DNA of 64,000 nt. Source: Candidatus Thiodiazotropha sp. 'RUGA' (lineage in GTDB: Bacteria > Pseudomonadota > Gammaproteobacteria > Chromatiales > Chromatiaceae). Each line of letters opens with the position of its first letter. Positions within the stretch are counted from its first letter, which is position 1. The notes beneath the pieces were generated by a model, which had not been told where the DNA came from, ran no database searches, and worked only from the letters and a program-made list of their open reading frames with translations. Below, in pieces: positions 38,106-47,420 of this stretch. The stretch lies in contig JAEPDS010000014.1 of assembly GCA_016842065.1 (NCBI GenBank), positions 12,132 to 76,131 of the forward strand. Reading direction: 5' to 3'. Both the position numbers and the translations under genes were made by a program.

Positions 38106-39161
38106 ATGGTTTTACTGATCGTCTATGTCTCCATAGCCTTGGGTTTTTCCTTTCTCTGCTCGGTAGCCGAGGCGGTGATTCTGAGTGTCACTCATCCCTA
38201 TATCTCGGTGTTGGAGAAGGAGGGACACAATGCCTCCTATCTACTGCGCAAGATGAAGCAGAACATCAATGATCCCCTGGCTGCGATTCTGACCCTCAAT
38301 ACCACTGCCCATACCATTGGTGCCGCCGGCGCCGGTGCCCAGGCTGCTGCGGTATTCGGCAACGCCTATGTGGGGGTTGCCTCAGCGGTACTGACCCTGA
38401 TGATCCTGATTTTCTCCGAGATCATTCCGAAGACTCTCGGTGCTCACTACTGGCGCCAACTGGCACCGATCACCGCCTATGTGCTGCAATTCCTGATCTG
38501 GATTCTCTATCCTTTTATCTGGATGTCGGCGATTTTGACCAGGTTGCTTTCCGGCGGCCACAGTCATGGACAGTTCAGAAGGGATGAGTTTGCCGCCATG
38601 GCTCAGGCGGGTGCCGACGAGGGTAAGCTGGAACAACATGAATCCCTGATCCTGAAAAACCTGCTGCTGTTAAGGGAGACCCGGGTGAGTGATGTCATGA
38701 CCCCTCGAACAGTGGTCTTTTCACTGGATGAGGATATGACGGTCGATGACTACCTCGAGCAGCACAACAGCAGCCGCTTCTCGCGGATTCCTGTCTACAA
38801 GGATAATCGTGACCATGTTACCGGATTCGTGCTGCGCAGCGACCTGTTGCTCTCCCATGCCAGGGGCAATTCTGACAACCCGTTGACTGTCTATCGGAGA
38901 GAGATCACTGCCGTGCCCAACAGCAGCTCTCTTCAGGCAAGTTTCGAAACCTTCATGGAGAAGCGCAGCCATCTCATGTTGGTGGTGGATGAGTATGGCA
39001 GTATGGAAGGTATTCTCACACTTGAGGATATTGTCGAGACTCTGCTCGGGATAGAGATCGTCGATGAGGGAGACAAGATCGAGGATATGCGCAAACTGGC
39101 CAGACGCTTATGGAAAAAGCGGGCTGCGGATATGGGGATCGATATCGAAGAACAGGGTTAG
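38106..39161 (+). CDS. CNNM/HlyC-CorC family membrane protein (DUF21 plus two CBS domains)
   Basis: FLCSVAEAVILS, ILTLNTTAHT, SEIIPKT, VMTPR, FSRIPV and VVDEYGS.EGILTLEDIVE. Confidence 0.93.
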   Translation: MVLLIVYVSIALGFSFLCSVAEAVILSVTHPYISVLEKEGHNASYLLRKMKQNINDPLAAILTLNTTAHTIGAAGAGAQAAAVFGNAYVGVASAVLTLMILIFSEIIPKTLGAHYWRQLAPITAYVLQFLIWILYPFIWMSAILTRLLSGGHSHGQFRRDEFAAMAQAGADEGKLEQHESLILKNLLLLRETRVSDVMTPRTVVFSLDEDMTVDDYLEQHNSSRFSRIPVYKDNRDHVTGFVLRSDLLLSHARGNSDNPLTVYRREITAVPNSSSLQASFETFMEKRSHLMLVVDEYGSMEGILTLEDIVETLLGIEIVDEGDKIEDMRKLARRLWKKRAADMGIDIEEQG

Positions 39162-39443
39162 TCACACTCTGGGTAATTCGAATTTTATCTCATCGATGGT
39201 TCAGCATGTTGTATATCGCTTCGGTGAGTGCTCATGACTGTGTGGAACAAATCCCACTGATCCAGATCTGCGGCAACTGGTGGAAAGATCTAACCACGGA
39301 TCGACACCGTTCATCCTGAGTATTCCAATAACTCTGATTAGACACGAGGATCGAATTCCTGGTCATTGAAATAACCCTGCAAGCAGGGGATTCCTAGATT
39401 ACACTTGGAGATTCGTAAGCATGTCAAAAACAGGAAATAAAGG

Positions 39444-40031
39444 ATGAATCAATTATATCGAGTTGTATCTATTGGAATCATGTTGATTATTGTGATGAGT
39501 GGCTGTGGCGGTACCACAGGTGGTACAAAGCCGGCTGGAACTGCAACTGCAACAAAACAGAACGCGGTGAGCGTTGCCTCCGGTGGGCCTGCTGTGAGTG
39601 TCACCAAGCGGATCAAATATGGTAAGCACTCCAATGTGCCCGATAAGGTTAAGGCAGAGTGTAACTTGGATACCCAACTGCCTGCCTATATCAAAACCTT
39701 TGCTGCTGAAACTGATACTGCGGTCAATCTGAAGGATGGTGCGGTCAATAAAAAAGCCAAGGGCAGGGTGCTGAATGTTGAGTTCAGCAATGTGGTTGGA
39801 GCCGGAGGTGGTGCCTGGAGCGGTGCGAAGTTTGTTGCTGTAAAAGGTGAGCTGTTCGAGAACGGCAAAAAAATCGGTAGTTTCAACGGACGCCGCACAT
39901 CCGGCGGTGGTTTCTTCGGCGCCTACAAAGGTACCTGTAAGATTCTGGATCGATGTGTAAAAGCCCTCGGTAAGGATATCGCCTTATGGATGATCGATCC
40001 GTCAATGGATGCAATGATCGGAGAGTTTTGA
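39444..40031 (+). CDS. Hypothetical lipoprotein
   Basis: Lipobox VMSG/C, Gly/Thr-rich linker and two further Cys residues. Confidence 0.8.
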   Translation: MNQLYRVVSIGIMLIIVMSGCGGTTGGTKPAGTATATKQNAVSVASGGPAVSVTKRIKYGKHSNVPDKVKAECNLDTQLPAYIKTFAAETDTAVNLKDGAVNKKAKGRVLNVEFSNVVGAGGGAWSGAKFVAVKGELFENGKKIGSFNGRRTSGGGFFGAYKGTCKILDRCVKALGKDIALWMIDPSMDAMIGEF

Positions 40032-40173
40032 ATCGCCGCTGGCACAGGCTTAGTCTGGCTGGCAAACGATCCGCGTCGTAGCCCGGTGGGTCTGCCTGCA
40101 GTAAGTTGCAATAATCAACTCTGCAGGTAGCCTCAATCGGGACTGTCTTTGTTTAATCTCAATGTCAGGTATG

Positions 40174-41241
40174 TCAGGCCTCATACCAACCTTTCGTGCT
40201 GTTGACGATCTTCACGACTGAAAGCATTACCGGGACCTCGACTAAAACACCAACAACAGTTGCCAGTGCTGCGCCTGAATCAAAACCAAAAAGAACAATG
40301 GCAGTGGCAACTGCCAACTCAAAAAAGTTACTTGCTCCGATCAGGGCGGAAGGGGCCGCAATACAATGCTCAACACCAAACTTTTTATTGAGTAAATAGG
40401 CTAAACCTGAGTTGAAATAGACCTGAATCAAGATCGGGATTGCCAGTAGAACTATGATCAACGGTTGAGAAAGTATCTGTTCTCCCTGAAACCCGAAAAG
40501 TAGAACCAGAGTCGCCAGCAGCGCAGTCAGTGATGGTATGTGCAGGGAATCAAGTCTTCTCTGGAGCAGACTTTCACCGCCGGAAGCGAGTAAGCGTTTT
40601 CTCCAGATCTGCCCCAAAGCGACTGGTAAAACGATATACAACACTACTGAGAGCAGTAAGGTATCCCAGGGTACCGTGATTGCGGACAGGCCCAGCAACA
40701 GACCGACTACCGGAGCAAAGGCAAAAATCATAATGGTGTCATTCAGTGCAACCTGACTCAGGGTGAAATTTGCATCACCACCGGACAGTCGACTCCAGAC
40801 AAAAACCATTGCAGTACAGGGTGCTGCTGCCAACAGAATCAGACCGGCGATATAGCTGTCGAGTTGGTCTGCTGGCAGATAGGTTGCAAACAGGTTATGG
40901 ATGAAAATCCAGCCAAGCAGGGCCATTGAGAATGGTTTCACCGCCCAATTGATAAACAGGGTAACACCGATACCTTTCCAGTGTTCCCCGACATGGTGAA
41001 GTGAGGTGAAATCCACTTTGATCAGCATCGGTATGATCATCAACCAGATCAATATCGCAACCGGTATGTTGACGTGGGAAAATTCCATTTTTCCAATCGC
41101 CTTAAACTGCTCGGGAAAATAGCTTCCAAGTAGGATGCCGGCGACGATGCATAGCCCCACCCAGACGGTCAGGTAACGCTCAAAAATTCCCATCTCACTA
41201 CCTGTCACACGTTTGGCAGTAACTTCACATTGGGCTGTCAT
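40174..41241 (-). CDS. acr3: ACR3 family arsenite efflux transporter
   Basis: FERYLTVWV, APCTAMVFVWS, ASNFFELAVATAI and VLVEVPVMLS. Confidence 0.96.
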   Translation of the reverse strand: MTAQCEVTAKRVTGSEMGIFERYLTVWVGLCIVAGILLGSYFPEQFKAIGKMEFSHVNIPVAILIWLMIIPMLIKVDFTSLHHVGEHWKGIGVTLFINWAVKPFSMALLGWIFIHNLFATYLPADQLDSYIAGLILLAAAPCTAMVFVWSRLSGGDANFTLSQVALNDTIMIFAFAPVVGLLLGLSAITVPWDTLLLSVVLYIVLPVALGQIWRKRLLASGGESLLQRRLDSLHIPSLTALLATLVLLFGFQGEQILSQPLIIVLLAIPILIQVYFNSGLAYLLNKKFGVEHCIAAPSALIGASNFFELAVATAIVLFGFDSGAALATVVGVLVEVPVMLSVVKIVNSTKGWYEA

Positions 41242-41561
41242 TTCTGTTCTCGGTTAAAATGATTTCAACGGCTGTCACGCCGCAGTGTCTTTGTATGGTA
41301 TAGGCATTGCTGATGCCGATCAGATCGAGTTGCTCCTGAAGCTTTAATCTGTCCAGTGAGGCAATTGGCAGATTTACAAAGATTGAAATTCTGTTTAGCA
41401 GTTCATTGAAGGCTTTGACAGAGGCTGCTTTCTTCTCGATCCCACTGCCGTCAACAGCGGTAGGATCTTGTAAACTCCATTGCGCTGTCATGGGTTGTCC
41501 GGGTCAAACGGGACAGACTTCCGCTGCACAGGAACAGTACGTTGTAGATTTTGTCAGTCAT
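41225..41561 (-). pseudogene. arsC: Arsenate reductase (LMW-PTP/thioredoxin type) pseudogene
   Basis: MTDKIYNVLFLC (ATG 41561) is fused out of frame to AAEVCPV*PGQPMTAQWSLQDP...RISIFVNLP. This gives a large internal deletion plus a stop at 41504-41506 in place of a conserved Trp. The 3' end is approximate. Confidence 0.88.
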
Positions 41562-41587
41562 AATTCAGTTCCATGTTATTACTTATT

Positions 41588-41944
41588 TCAGTTACGACAC
41601 TTAGACTCTGTGTTACGGCTAATTTTCTTCAGCTTGATCAGGTCCGTTTTGTAGGGCTCGTGACCAACTGCCCCCGTTTTGGAAGCCTGCAGAATATCGC
41701 TTACCCACTCAGGCAGATCGGGATTGAGCCGGTAATGGATCCATTGTCCCTCACGTCGATCTATGACCAGTCCGATGTCGCGTAACTGTCCAAGATTTCT
41801 TGAAATATTGGGTTGCGCTCCACCAATCAGATCATTCAATTCACAGACACAAAGCTCATCCTGCTCAAGCAGGAGCAGAACCGAGCGCATTCTTGTGGTG
41901 TTGGATAGTGCGTTAATGACGGATTCTGTGCTTATGTTCTTCAT
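41588..41944 (-). CDS. arsR: ArsR/SmtB transcriptional repressor
   Basis: ELCVCEL, QPNISRNLGQLR and RREGQWIHYRLN; upstream of arsC-acr3. Confidence 0.94.
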   Translation of the reverse strand: MKNISTESVINALSNTTRMRSVLLLLEQDELCVCELNDLIGGAQPNISRNLGQLRDIGLVIDRREGQWIHYRLNPDLPEWVSDILQASKTGAVGHEPYKTDLIKLKKISRNTESKCRN

Positions 41945-42180
41945 ATTTATATACTATAAATGATATATATCAAAAAACAAATATAAACTTTTTGGAAAAC
42001 CAACGATTGATCTCAATTTGTCCAAATCCTGTACAAATCAAGCTTCAATCAAATCACGGATGTGAGGGGTGCTAGGTGCTATGTTGTGTGGAAGGTTGCG
42101 CTGACTCTTTTTGCCTATCTATCCGATCAGAGGGCAACTCATTCTGATTCATTGAAATTGAGTGGTCCGGGGCTGTCAGG

Positions 42181-42372
42181 TTACTGTCTTTTGGCCTGTT
42201 GTTGTTTGCAATAAGCTTTGGATTTCATATCCGCAGCATCTTGGCCGGCTCCCTGATTGATATATTCCGCTGTCATTTTTTTACGGCAATCCTGGTAGTT
42301 GAAGAACTCAACATCGACAGACTCTGAACAACCGGATATGAGGATTGCGATTACAAGAAAACCAGACTTCAT
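42181..42372 (-). CDS. 63-aa lipoprotein
   Basis: Strong GGAGAGAGG RBS before ATG 42372; lipobox ISG/C; two further Cys residues. Confidence 0.7.
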   Translation of the reverse strand: MKSGFLVIAILISGCSESVDVEFFNYQDCRKKMTAEYINQGAGQDAADMKSKAYCKQQQAKRQ

Positions 42373-42425
42373 CAGCCTCTCTCCAAAAACATCTAGCCAA
42401 TGGTTAATCGAAGCAAACAGCGTTT

Positions 42426-42905
42426 TCATTCAGACAACGTTTTGATCTTTTTTATCATATATTTATTCCTTGCGTTTGCCTTTTCGACAATACTTGTGAG
42501 CACTCTGGTTGGTGCGATCTTATCCTGCTGGTCACCATAACAGGGTGATCCTCTGAAATAGACTCTCAAGGTATGAGCAACGAGCTTTTCCGACCCTGAA
42601 AACCGTTGTCGATTAGCATTAATCGCCCGAATAAATGCGCTGTCACACTCACAATCCATATGTCCGTTTGCCAGATAGCAAAAGTCGTGCTCTCTGCAGA
42701 TTGAATCCAATGTGTCGATAGGTGGTGGGGCGGTGAGTGGATCATTCGGATGGTTCAAACCACACCAGTTACCATACTTCGGGAAAAAGGATGAGCGCTC
42801 CTCCGATCGGTCGATGCTTTGAGTATTAGCTACATCCGCGGCGGCATTGGATAGGGCAAGCAGCGTCGAGAGGAGAGTTAAAAAAAGGACGATATTATTA
42901 TTCAT
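42426..42905 (-). CDS. Secreted phospholipase A2-like protein
   Basis: Signal peptide; YGNWCG (Ca-loop-like); DTLDSICREHDFCY (His-Asp dyad); DCECD. Confidence 0.8.
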   Translation of the reverse strand: MNNNIVLFLTLLSTLLALSNAAADVANTQSIDRSEERSSFFPKYGNWCGLNHPNDPLTAPPPIDTLDSICREHDFCYLANGHMDCECDSAFIRAINANRQRFSGSEKLVAHTLRVYFRGSPCYGDQQDKIAPTRVLTSIVEKANARNKYMIKKIKTLSE

Positions 42906-42984
42906 ATGGATTCCTTTATATGAATAAATCTCTACATGCTTGATTGTTGAATGATCTATGCCAAACAGTCGTTGTCGTCAAGCG

Positions 42985-44355
42985 CTATAGGTAGGAACCA
43001 GGGCCGACCACTTTCATGCCGTGGATCACCAGGTCCTCGTAGAGTGGACTGTCGATGCGCCCCAGCGAAAAGATCAGGGTCGAGTCCTGCGGTGCCTTGA
43101 CGGCGGCCTGATGTCCCACCAGTTGCGTGCCTGCAATGTCGAGTCGACTGTTATTGGCCTCGATTGCCACTTCCCCTTCAAGATGTCCACCGGTGATAGT
43201 GACGTTTGAATTGCGTGTCTTCAGAGCGGTACCCATGGAAATCACCCGGGTGTTGCGCAGGCTGACATTGGAATCGATGATGACGATGTTATTGATTTCC
43301 GCATCGTTGACCACCACATCTTCACAGCTCTGTATCAGCAGACTGCCGATACGTCCGCTGATCACATGGCCCGACTCACTGTTGCACTGCACTGTCTGAC
43401 GGAAAGGCTGCGTGGCCGGTTTGGCGCTGGATTTGGCTTTTGTCTTGGTGCGTTGGCTGAGATGTGGCCTGAGCATATTGTGGAACAGTTCAGGCTGATC
43501 GATAAAGGCCACATGGCCGCCATTTGGAATCAGCTTCAGACGGGCATCGGGCATCAGCGATTCGAGCACATAACCGGTGCGCACGGGGGCGATCTTATCC
43601 TGCTCTCCCCAGATGATCAGGGTCGGCTGGTGAACGGTCTCCGGAATCCGGCTGAAATCATTTTGCACCAGTGCCAGTCCGGCTATGGCTGACGGATCGC
43701 CGCGCAGTACCTTGTTGCGGAATGGCTCCAGATTGATCAGCAGATCCATGTTAACCGGATAGCGCTTCTCCAGGGCGCTCATCAGGGTGCCAGCCAGATC
43801 GGTGACCTTGCGCTCATTGAAAACATTGTACTGATTGAGCACCTTATCGACGCCGAGTGGAGCCAGATACTTGGTATAGGCCTGTCGATGCAGGATGCCG
43901 GCGGCAGAGATCAGAGTCAGCGTCTTCACTGCGGCCGGGTAGCTGTGGGTGAACTGCAGGCTGATTGCGCCGCCCATGGAGTGACCAACCAGATGAAATG
44001 GCTTGCCCACATGTTTGTCGGTCAGCTGATGGATCAGCCGGGCGTAGTTGACCGGTGAGTAGAGGGCGTTCTGCTTGGTCGAGCGGCCAAACCCCGGCAG
44101 ATCGAAGGTAAAGATGAAATAGTCCTTTTTCAGCCGCTGCAGGATATCTTCCCAGCAGGTCGAGGCCTCATCCCCAAGACCGTGAACCATCACAACCGCG
44201 GGTTTGCTCGGATTTCCGGCGGTTCTCAGGTAGACCTGGCCACCGAAGACCCTCTCCGGCTCATACCACTCCCGCTCATGGGGTTTGGCATTCGCCTGCA
44301 GGCTGACGAACAGCAGCGAGAGCAGAAAAAGCAGTACAGTTGGTTTTATCATCAT
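42985..44355 (-). CDS. Secreted alpha/beta hydrolase with an uncharacterised C-terminal beta-repeat domain
   Basis: Signal peptide; VHGLG, DLPGFGRS, VGHSMGG (nucleophile), WGEQD and GGH. The last ~130 aa have a beta-helix-like periodicity. Confidence 0.88.
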   Translation of the reverse strand: MMIKPTVLLFLLSLLFVSLQANAKPHEREWYEPERVFGGQVYLRTAGNPSKPAVVMVHGLGDEASTCWEDILQRLKKDYFIFTFDLPGFGRSTKQNALYSPVNYARLIHQLTDKHVGKPFHLVGHSMGGAISLQFTHSYPAAVKTLTLISAAGILHRQAYTKYLAPLGVDKVLNQYNVFNERKVTDLAGTLMSALEKRYPVNMDLLINLEPFRNKVLRGDPSAIAGLALVQNDFSRIPETVHQPTLIIWGEQDKIAPVRTGYVLESLMPDARLKLIPNGGHVAFIDQPELFHNMLRPHLSQRTKTKAKSSAKPATQPFRQTVQCNSESGHVISGRIGSLLIQSCEDVVVNDAEINNIVIIDSNVSLRNTRVISMGTALKTRNSNVTITGGHLEGEVAIEANNSRLDIAGTQLVGHQAAVKAPQDSTLIFSLGRIDSPLYEDLVIHGMKVVGPGSYL

Positions 44356-44379
44356 AGGGCAGCACTCAGCAGCTTTCCT

Positions 44380-45804
44380 TTACTCCAGGGCAAGATGATA
44401 GCAGGGTGAGTAGTCCCCTTGTAGTTTCATTCTGTTCTGTTCGGCGAAGGCGATCAGCAGCCGGTCCATGGCGTCCACCACCTGCTGCTCGCCATGCAGT
44501 TTGAATGGCCCATGCTGCTCCACAGCACGGATGCCATCCTCCTTGACGTTGCCGGCGACAATGCCTGAAAAGGCTTTGCGCAGGTTGGCGGCGGCCAGAT
44601 GGGCCTGCTGTTGCCGGTTCAGCTGCAAGCGGGCCATCGCCTTATGGGTTGGGGTGAAGGGGTGCTGCAGATCTGTCTCTATGTGCAGTTGCCAATTGAA
44701 ATAGAAGGCGTCATTACCGTCGTACCGGTAGCTTCTGACCCGCTCCATGTCCTCAGCCATGGCTTTAGCCACGGCTTCCGAATCATCGATGATGACCTGA
44801 TAGTATTGGCGCGCCTGATCACCCAGTGCGATTCCGATAAAGCGGTCGATTTCATCGAAATAGTCCGCGCACTCGGCAGGCCCGGTCAGGATCAACGGAA
44901 AGGCGTGCTCCCGGTTGTCGTGGTGCATCAGTATGCCGAGCAGGTAGAGCAGCTCCTCCATGGTTCCCGCGCCTCCGGGAAAGATCACTACCCCATGACC
45001 GGCGCGGACGAAGGCTTCCAGGCGCTTTTCGATGTCCGGCATGATCACCAGTTCATTGACGATGGGATTCGGTGGTTCCGAGGCAATGATGCCGGGTTCG
45101 GTGATGCCTAGGTAGCGACCATTACCGATACGCTGCTTGGCATGACCCAGAGCCGCCCCTTTCATCGGGCCTTTCATCGCCCCGGGGCCGCATCCTGTGC
45201 AGATGTTCAAGCCCCTCAGGCCGAGCTGGTAGCCTACCTCTTTGGAGTAGTCGTATTCGGATCTTCCAATTGAGTGTCCACCCCAGCAGACAATCAGATT
45301 GGGATCCATGCCGGTGTGCAACACCCTGGCATTTCGCAGGATATGGAATACCGCCGAGGTGATGTGTACCGGATCGTCCAGATCGTACGCTGGATTGTTC
45401 TGAATCTCGTTGTGGACGTAGATGATATCTCTCAGTACGGCAAACAGATGCTCCTGGATACCACGCACCATCCTGCCATCCACAAAGGCGCTGCCCGGGG
45501 CATTCTCCAGGCGTAGCTGGATTCCCCGGTTACTCTGCATCAGATGGATGCCAAAGTCCCGGTAGCTGTCGAAGATATCCTTTGCGTTATCGGTTTCACT
45601 GCCACAGTTGAGTACCGCCAGTGCGCAGCGGCGAAACAGTCCATACAGACCCCTTGCGCTGGTATCCAGCAGGTCGCTGACTTCAAGGTGAGAGAGTACT
45701 TCCAGGCTGCCACCCGGCCTGACTGTGGCGCTCAGTCGGGTGATCGGCGGTTTGTCTTCATTGTGGGTCGCTGAGGAGATCTTGCTCTGGCTTGCTTTAC
45801 TCAT
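44380..45804 (-). CDS. ppnN: Nucleotide 5'-monophosphate nucleosidase PpnN (YgdH)
   Basis: LFRRCALAVLNCG, VCWGGHSI, TGCGPGAMKGPMKGA, DIEKRLEAFVR and PGGAGTMEE. Confidence 0.95.
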   Translation of the reverse strand: MSKASQSKISSATHNEDKPPITRLSATVRPGGSLEVLSHLEVSDLLDTSARGLYGLFRRCALAVLNCGSETDNAKDIFDSYRDFGIHLMQSNRGIQLRLENAPGSAFVDGRMVRGIQEHLFAVLRDIIYVHNEIQNNPAYDLDDPVHITSAVFHILRNARVLHTGMDPNLIVCWGGHSIGRSEYDYSKEVGYQLGLRGLNICTGCGPGAMKGPMKGAALGHAKQRIGNGRYLGITEPGIIASEPPNPIVNELVIMPDIEKRLEAFVRAGHGVVIFPGGAGTMEELLYLLGILMHHDNREHAFPLILTGPAECADYFDEIDRFIGIALGDQARQYYQVIIDDSEAVAKAMAEDMERVRSYRYDGNDAFYFNWQLHIETDLQHPFTPTHKAMARLQLNRQQQAHLAAANLRKAFSGIVAGNVKEDGIRAVEQHGPFKLHGEQQVVDAMDRLLIAFAEQNRMKLQGDYSPCYHLALE

Positions 45805-45949
45805 AGTGATACTGGTTTGAGTCCGTTACGCATTATCGTGAACCTGTGAGTTCAGAAAAAGGCTATGCAAAATCAATAGACCGAGTAGCAGCCTGAGAGT
45901 TCGAGGATGTGACCTTGTCACATCCTCGATGTGGTTGATGGTATCAGCG

Positions 45950-46930
45950 TTATGGCAGAAGGTCCTCGATGATCTTACGCTCTTCGAGCAGCTCTTTTTC
46001 AGAGGCTTTCAGGCGCGCATTACTGAAATCATCCAGTTCCAGGCCCTGGACTATCTCATAGTCTCCATTTGTACATTTCACCGGAAATGAGAAAACGACA
46101 CCCTCATCAATGCCGTAGCTGCCATCGGAGTGGACCGCCATACTGACCCAGTCATCATCCCTTGTACCCAGTGCCCAATCGTGCACATGGTCAACAACCG
46201 CGTCAGCCGCAGAAGCAGCAGAGGAGAGTCCGCGCGCCTCGATGATTTCCGCACCGCGTCGTTGAATCCTGGGAATGAAGTGATCGATCGCCCAATCCTG
46301 ACTGACCAGATCGAATACCGGCTGGCCGTTGATCAGGCAGTTGTCGATATGCGGATATTGGGTCATGGAGTGGTTGCCCCAAATGGTCATTCTGGTGATA
46401 TCGGCGACCTGAACATTACTCTTGTTGGCCAGCTGTCCCAGGGCCCGGTTGTGGTCCAGACGGGTCATCGCGGTGAACTGGCTGGGTTTCAGATCCGGTG
46501 CATTGGCCGCTGCGATCAACGCATTGGTATTGGCCGGATTACCCACCACCAGAACCCGCACATCCGGCGAGGCATAATCGTTGATCGCCTTACCCTGATT
46601 GGAGAATATCTTGGCGTTCTCAGTAATCAGATCCTTACGCTCCATACCCTTGCTGCGGGGTTTGGCGCCAATCAGGATGGCGTAATTGGTACCTCGAAAA
46701 CCGATACTTGGATCATCGGTGAGGACGATATCGTGCAACAGGGGAAAGGCACAATCCTCTAACTCCATACCAACACCGTTGAGTGAGGAGAGAGCCTGGG
46801 GGATCTCAAGCAGACGAAGAATGACCGGTTGGTCCTGACCGAACATGTCGCCTGAAGCGACTCGAAATGCCAGCGCGTATCCGATATGTCCAGCAGCGCC
46901 GGTTATGGTGACTTTTACAGCGGGTTTCAT
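45950..46930 (-). CDS. mdh: Malate dehydrogenase (MDH type 2)
   Basis: [37 protein letters not shown] and IWGNHS. Confidence 0.97.
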   Translation of the reverse strand: MKPAVKVTITGAAGHIGYALAFRVASGDMFGQDQPVILRLLEIPQALSSLNGVGMELEDCAFPLLHDIVLTDDPSIGFRGTNYAILIGAKPRSKGMERKDLITENAKIFSNQGKAINDYASPDVRVLVVGNPANTNALIAAANAPDLKPSQFTAMTRLDHNRALGQLANKSNVQVADITRMTIWGNHSMTQYPHIDNCLINGQPVFDLVSQDWAIDHFIPRIQRRGAEIIEARGLSSAASAADAVVDHVHDWALGTRDDDWVSMAVHSDGSYGIDEGVVFSFPVKCTNGDYEIVQGLELDDFSNARLKASEKELLEERKIIEDLLP

Positions 46931-47064
46931 TTCAGTTGGATCCTCCCATTAATTTATTAGATGCCCGGATAAGTATAGTTAGTTCCATTCTTATGGCATA
47001 GTCAATTCTAAAGCCAAAAGCGATGTATTTATCAATCCTTTTTATTGTTCCACACCGGAACCGC

Positions 47065-47379
47065 CTAGGCTTTGCCAGATTCAGCCTCAATGATCACTTC
47101 ATGCATCTCTATGGCGCCCTCACCTTTGAAGGCCTCTTTCGGCATCGGGTTGGCGTGGGCTTGTCGAAAGTCATCGCTACCGACCCAATTTTCGAAGGCT
47201 GCTTTGTCCTGCCAACTGGTCAATACAATATAGGGTGTATCCGGATTACTTGGTTTCAACACCTGCATCCGTACAAAGCCGGGTTGTTTTTCAATCTGAC
47301 CGCTACGAGCCTGAAAGCGGGCCTCGAACATCTCCTCGAAGGCCTCGGCGACCGGAACTCGGTTGGCAACAATAAACAT
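47065..47379 (-). CDS. ABM family monooxygenase (IsdG/HmoA-like)
   Basis: ABM fold pattern with an N-terminal Asn, W(VGS) and AH, matching the IsdG-type Asn/Trp/His triad. Confidence 0.85.
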   Translation of the reverse strand: MFIVANRVPVAEAFEEMFEARFQARSGQIEKQPGFVRMQVLKPSNPDTPYIVLTSWQDKAAFENWVGSDDFRQAHANPMPKEAFKGEGAIEMHEVIIEAESGKA

Positions 47380-47420
47380 TTTTGACTCCTTGGATTCTGA
47401 TTTCTTGGGTGGTATAGCGG

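Noticed and set aside
39162-39443. Gene remnant between the CNNM gene and the lipoprotein
   Set aside because: Translations in the frames examined show no recognisable similarity.
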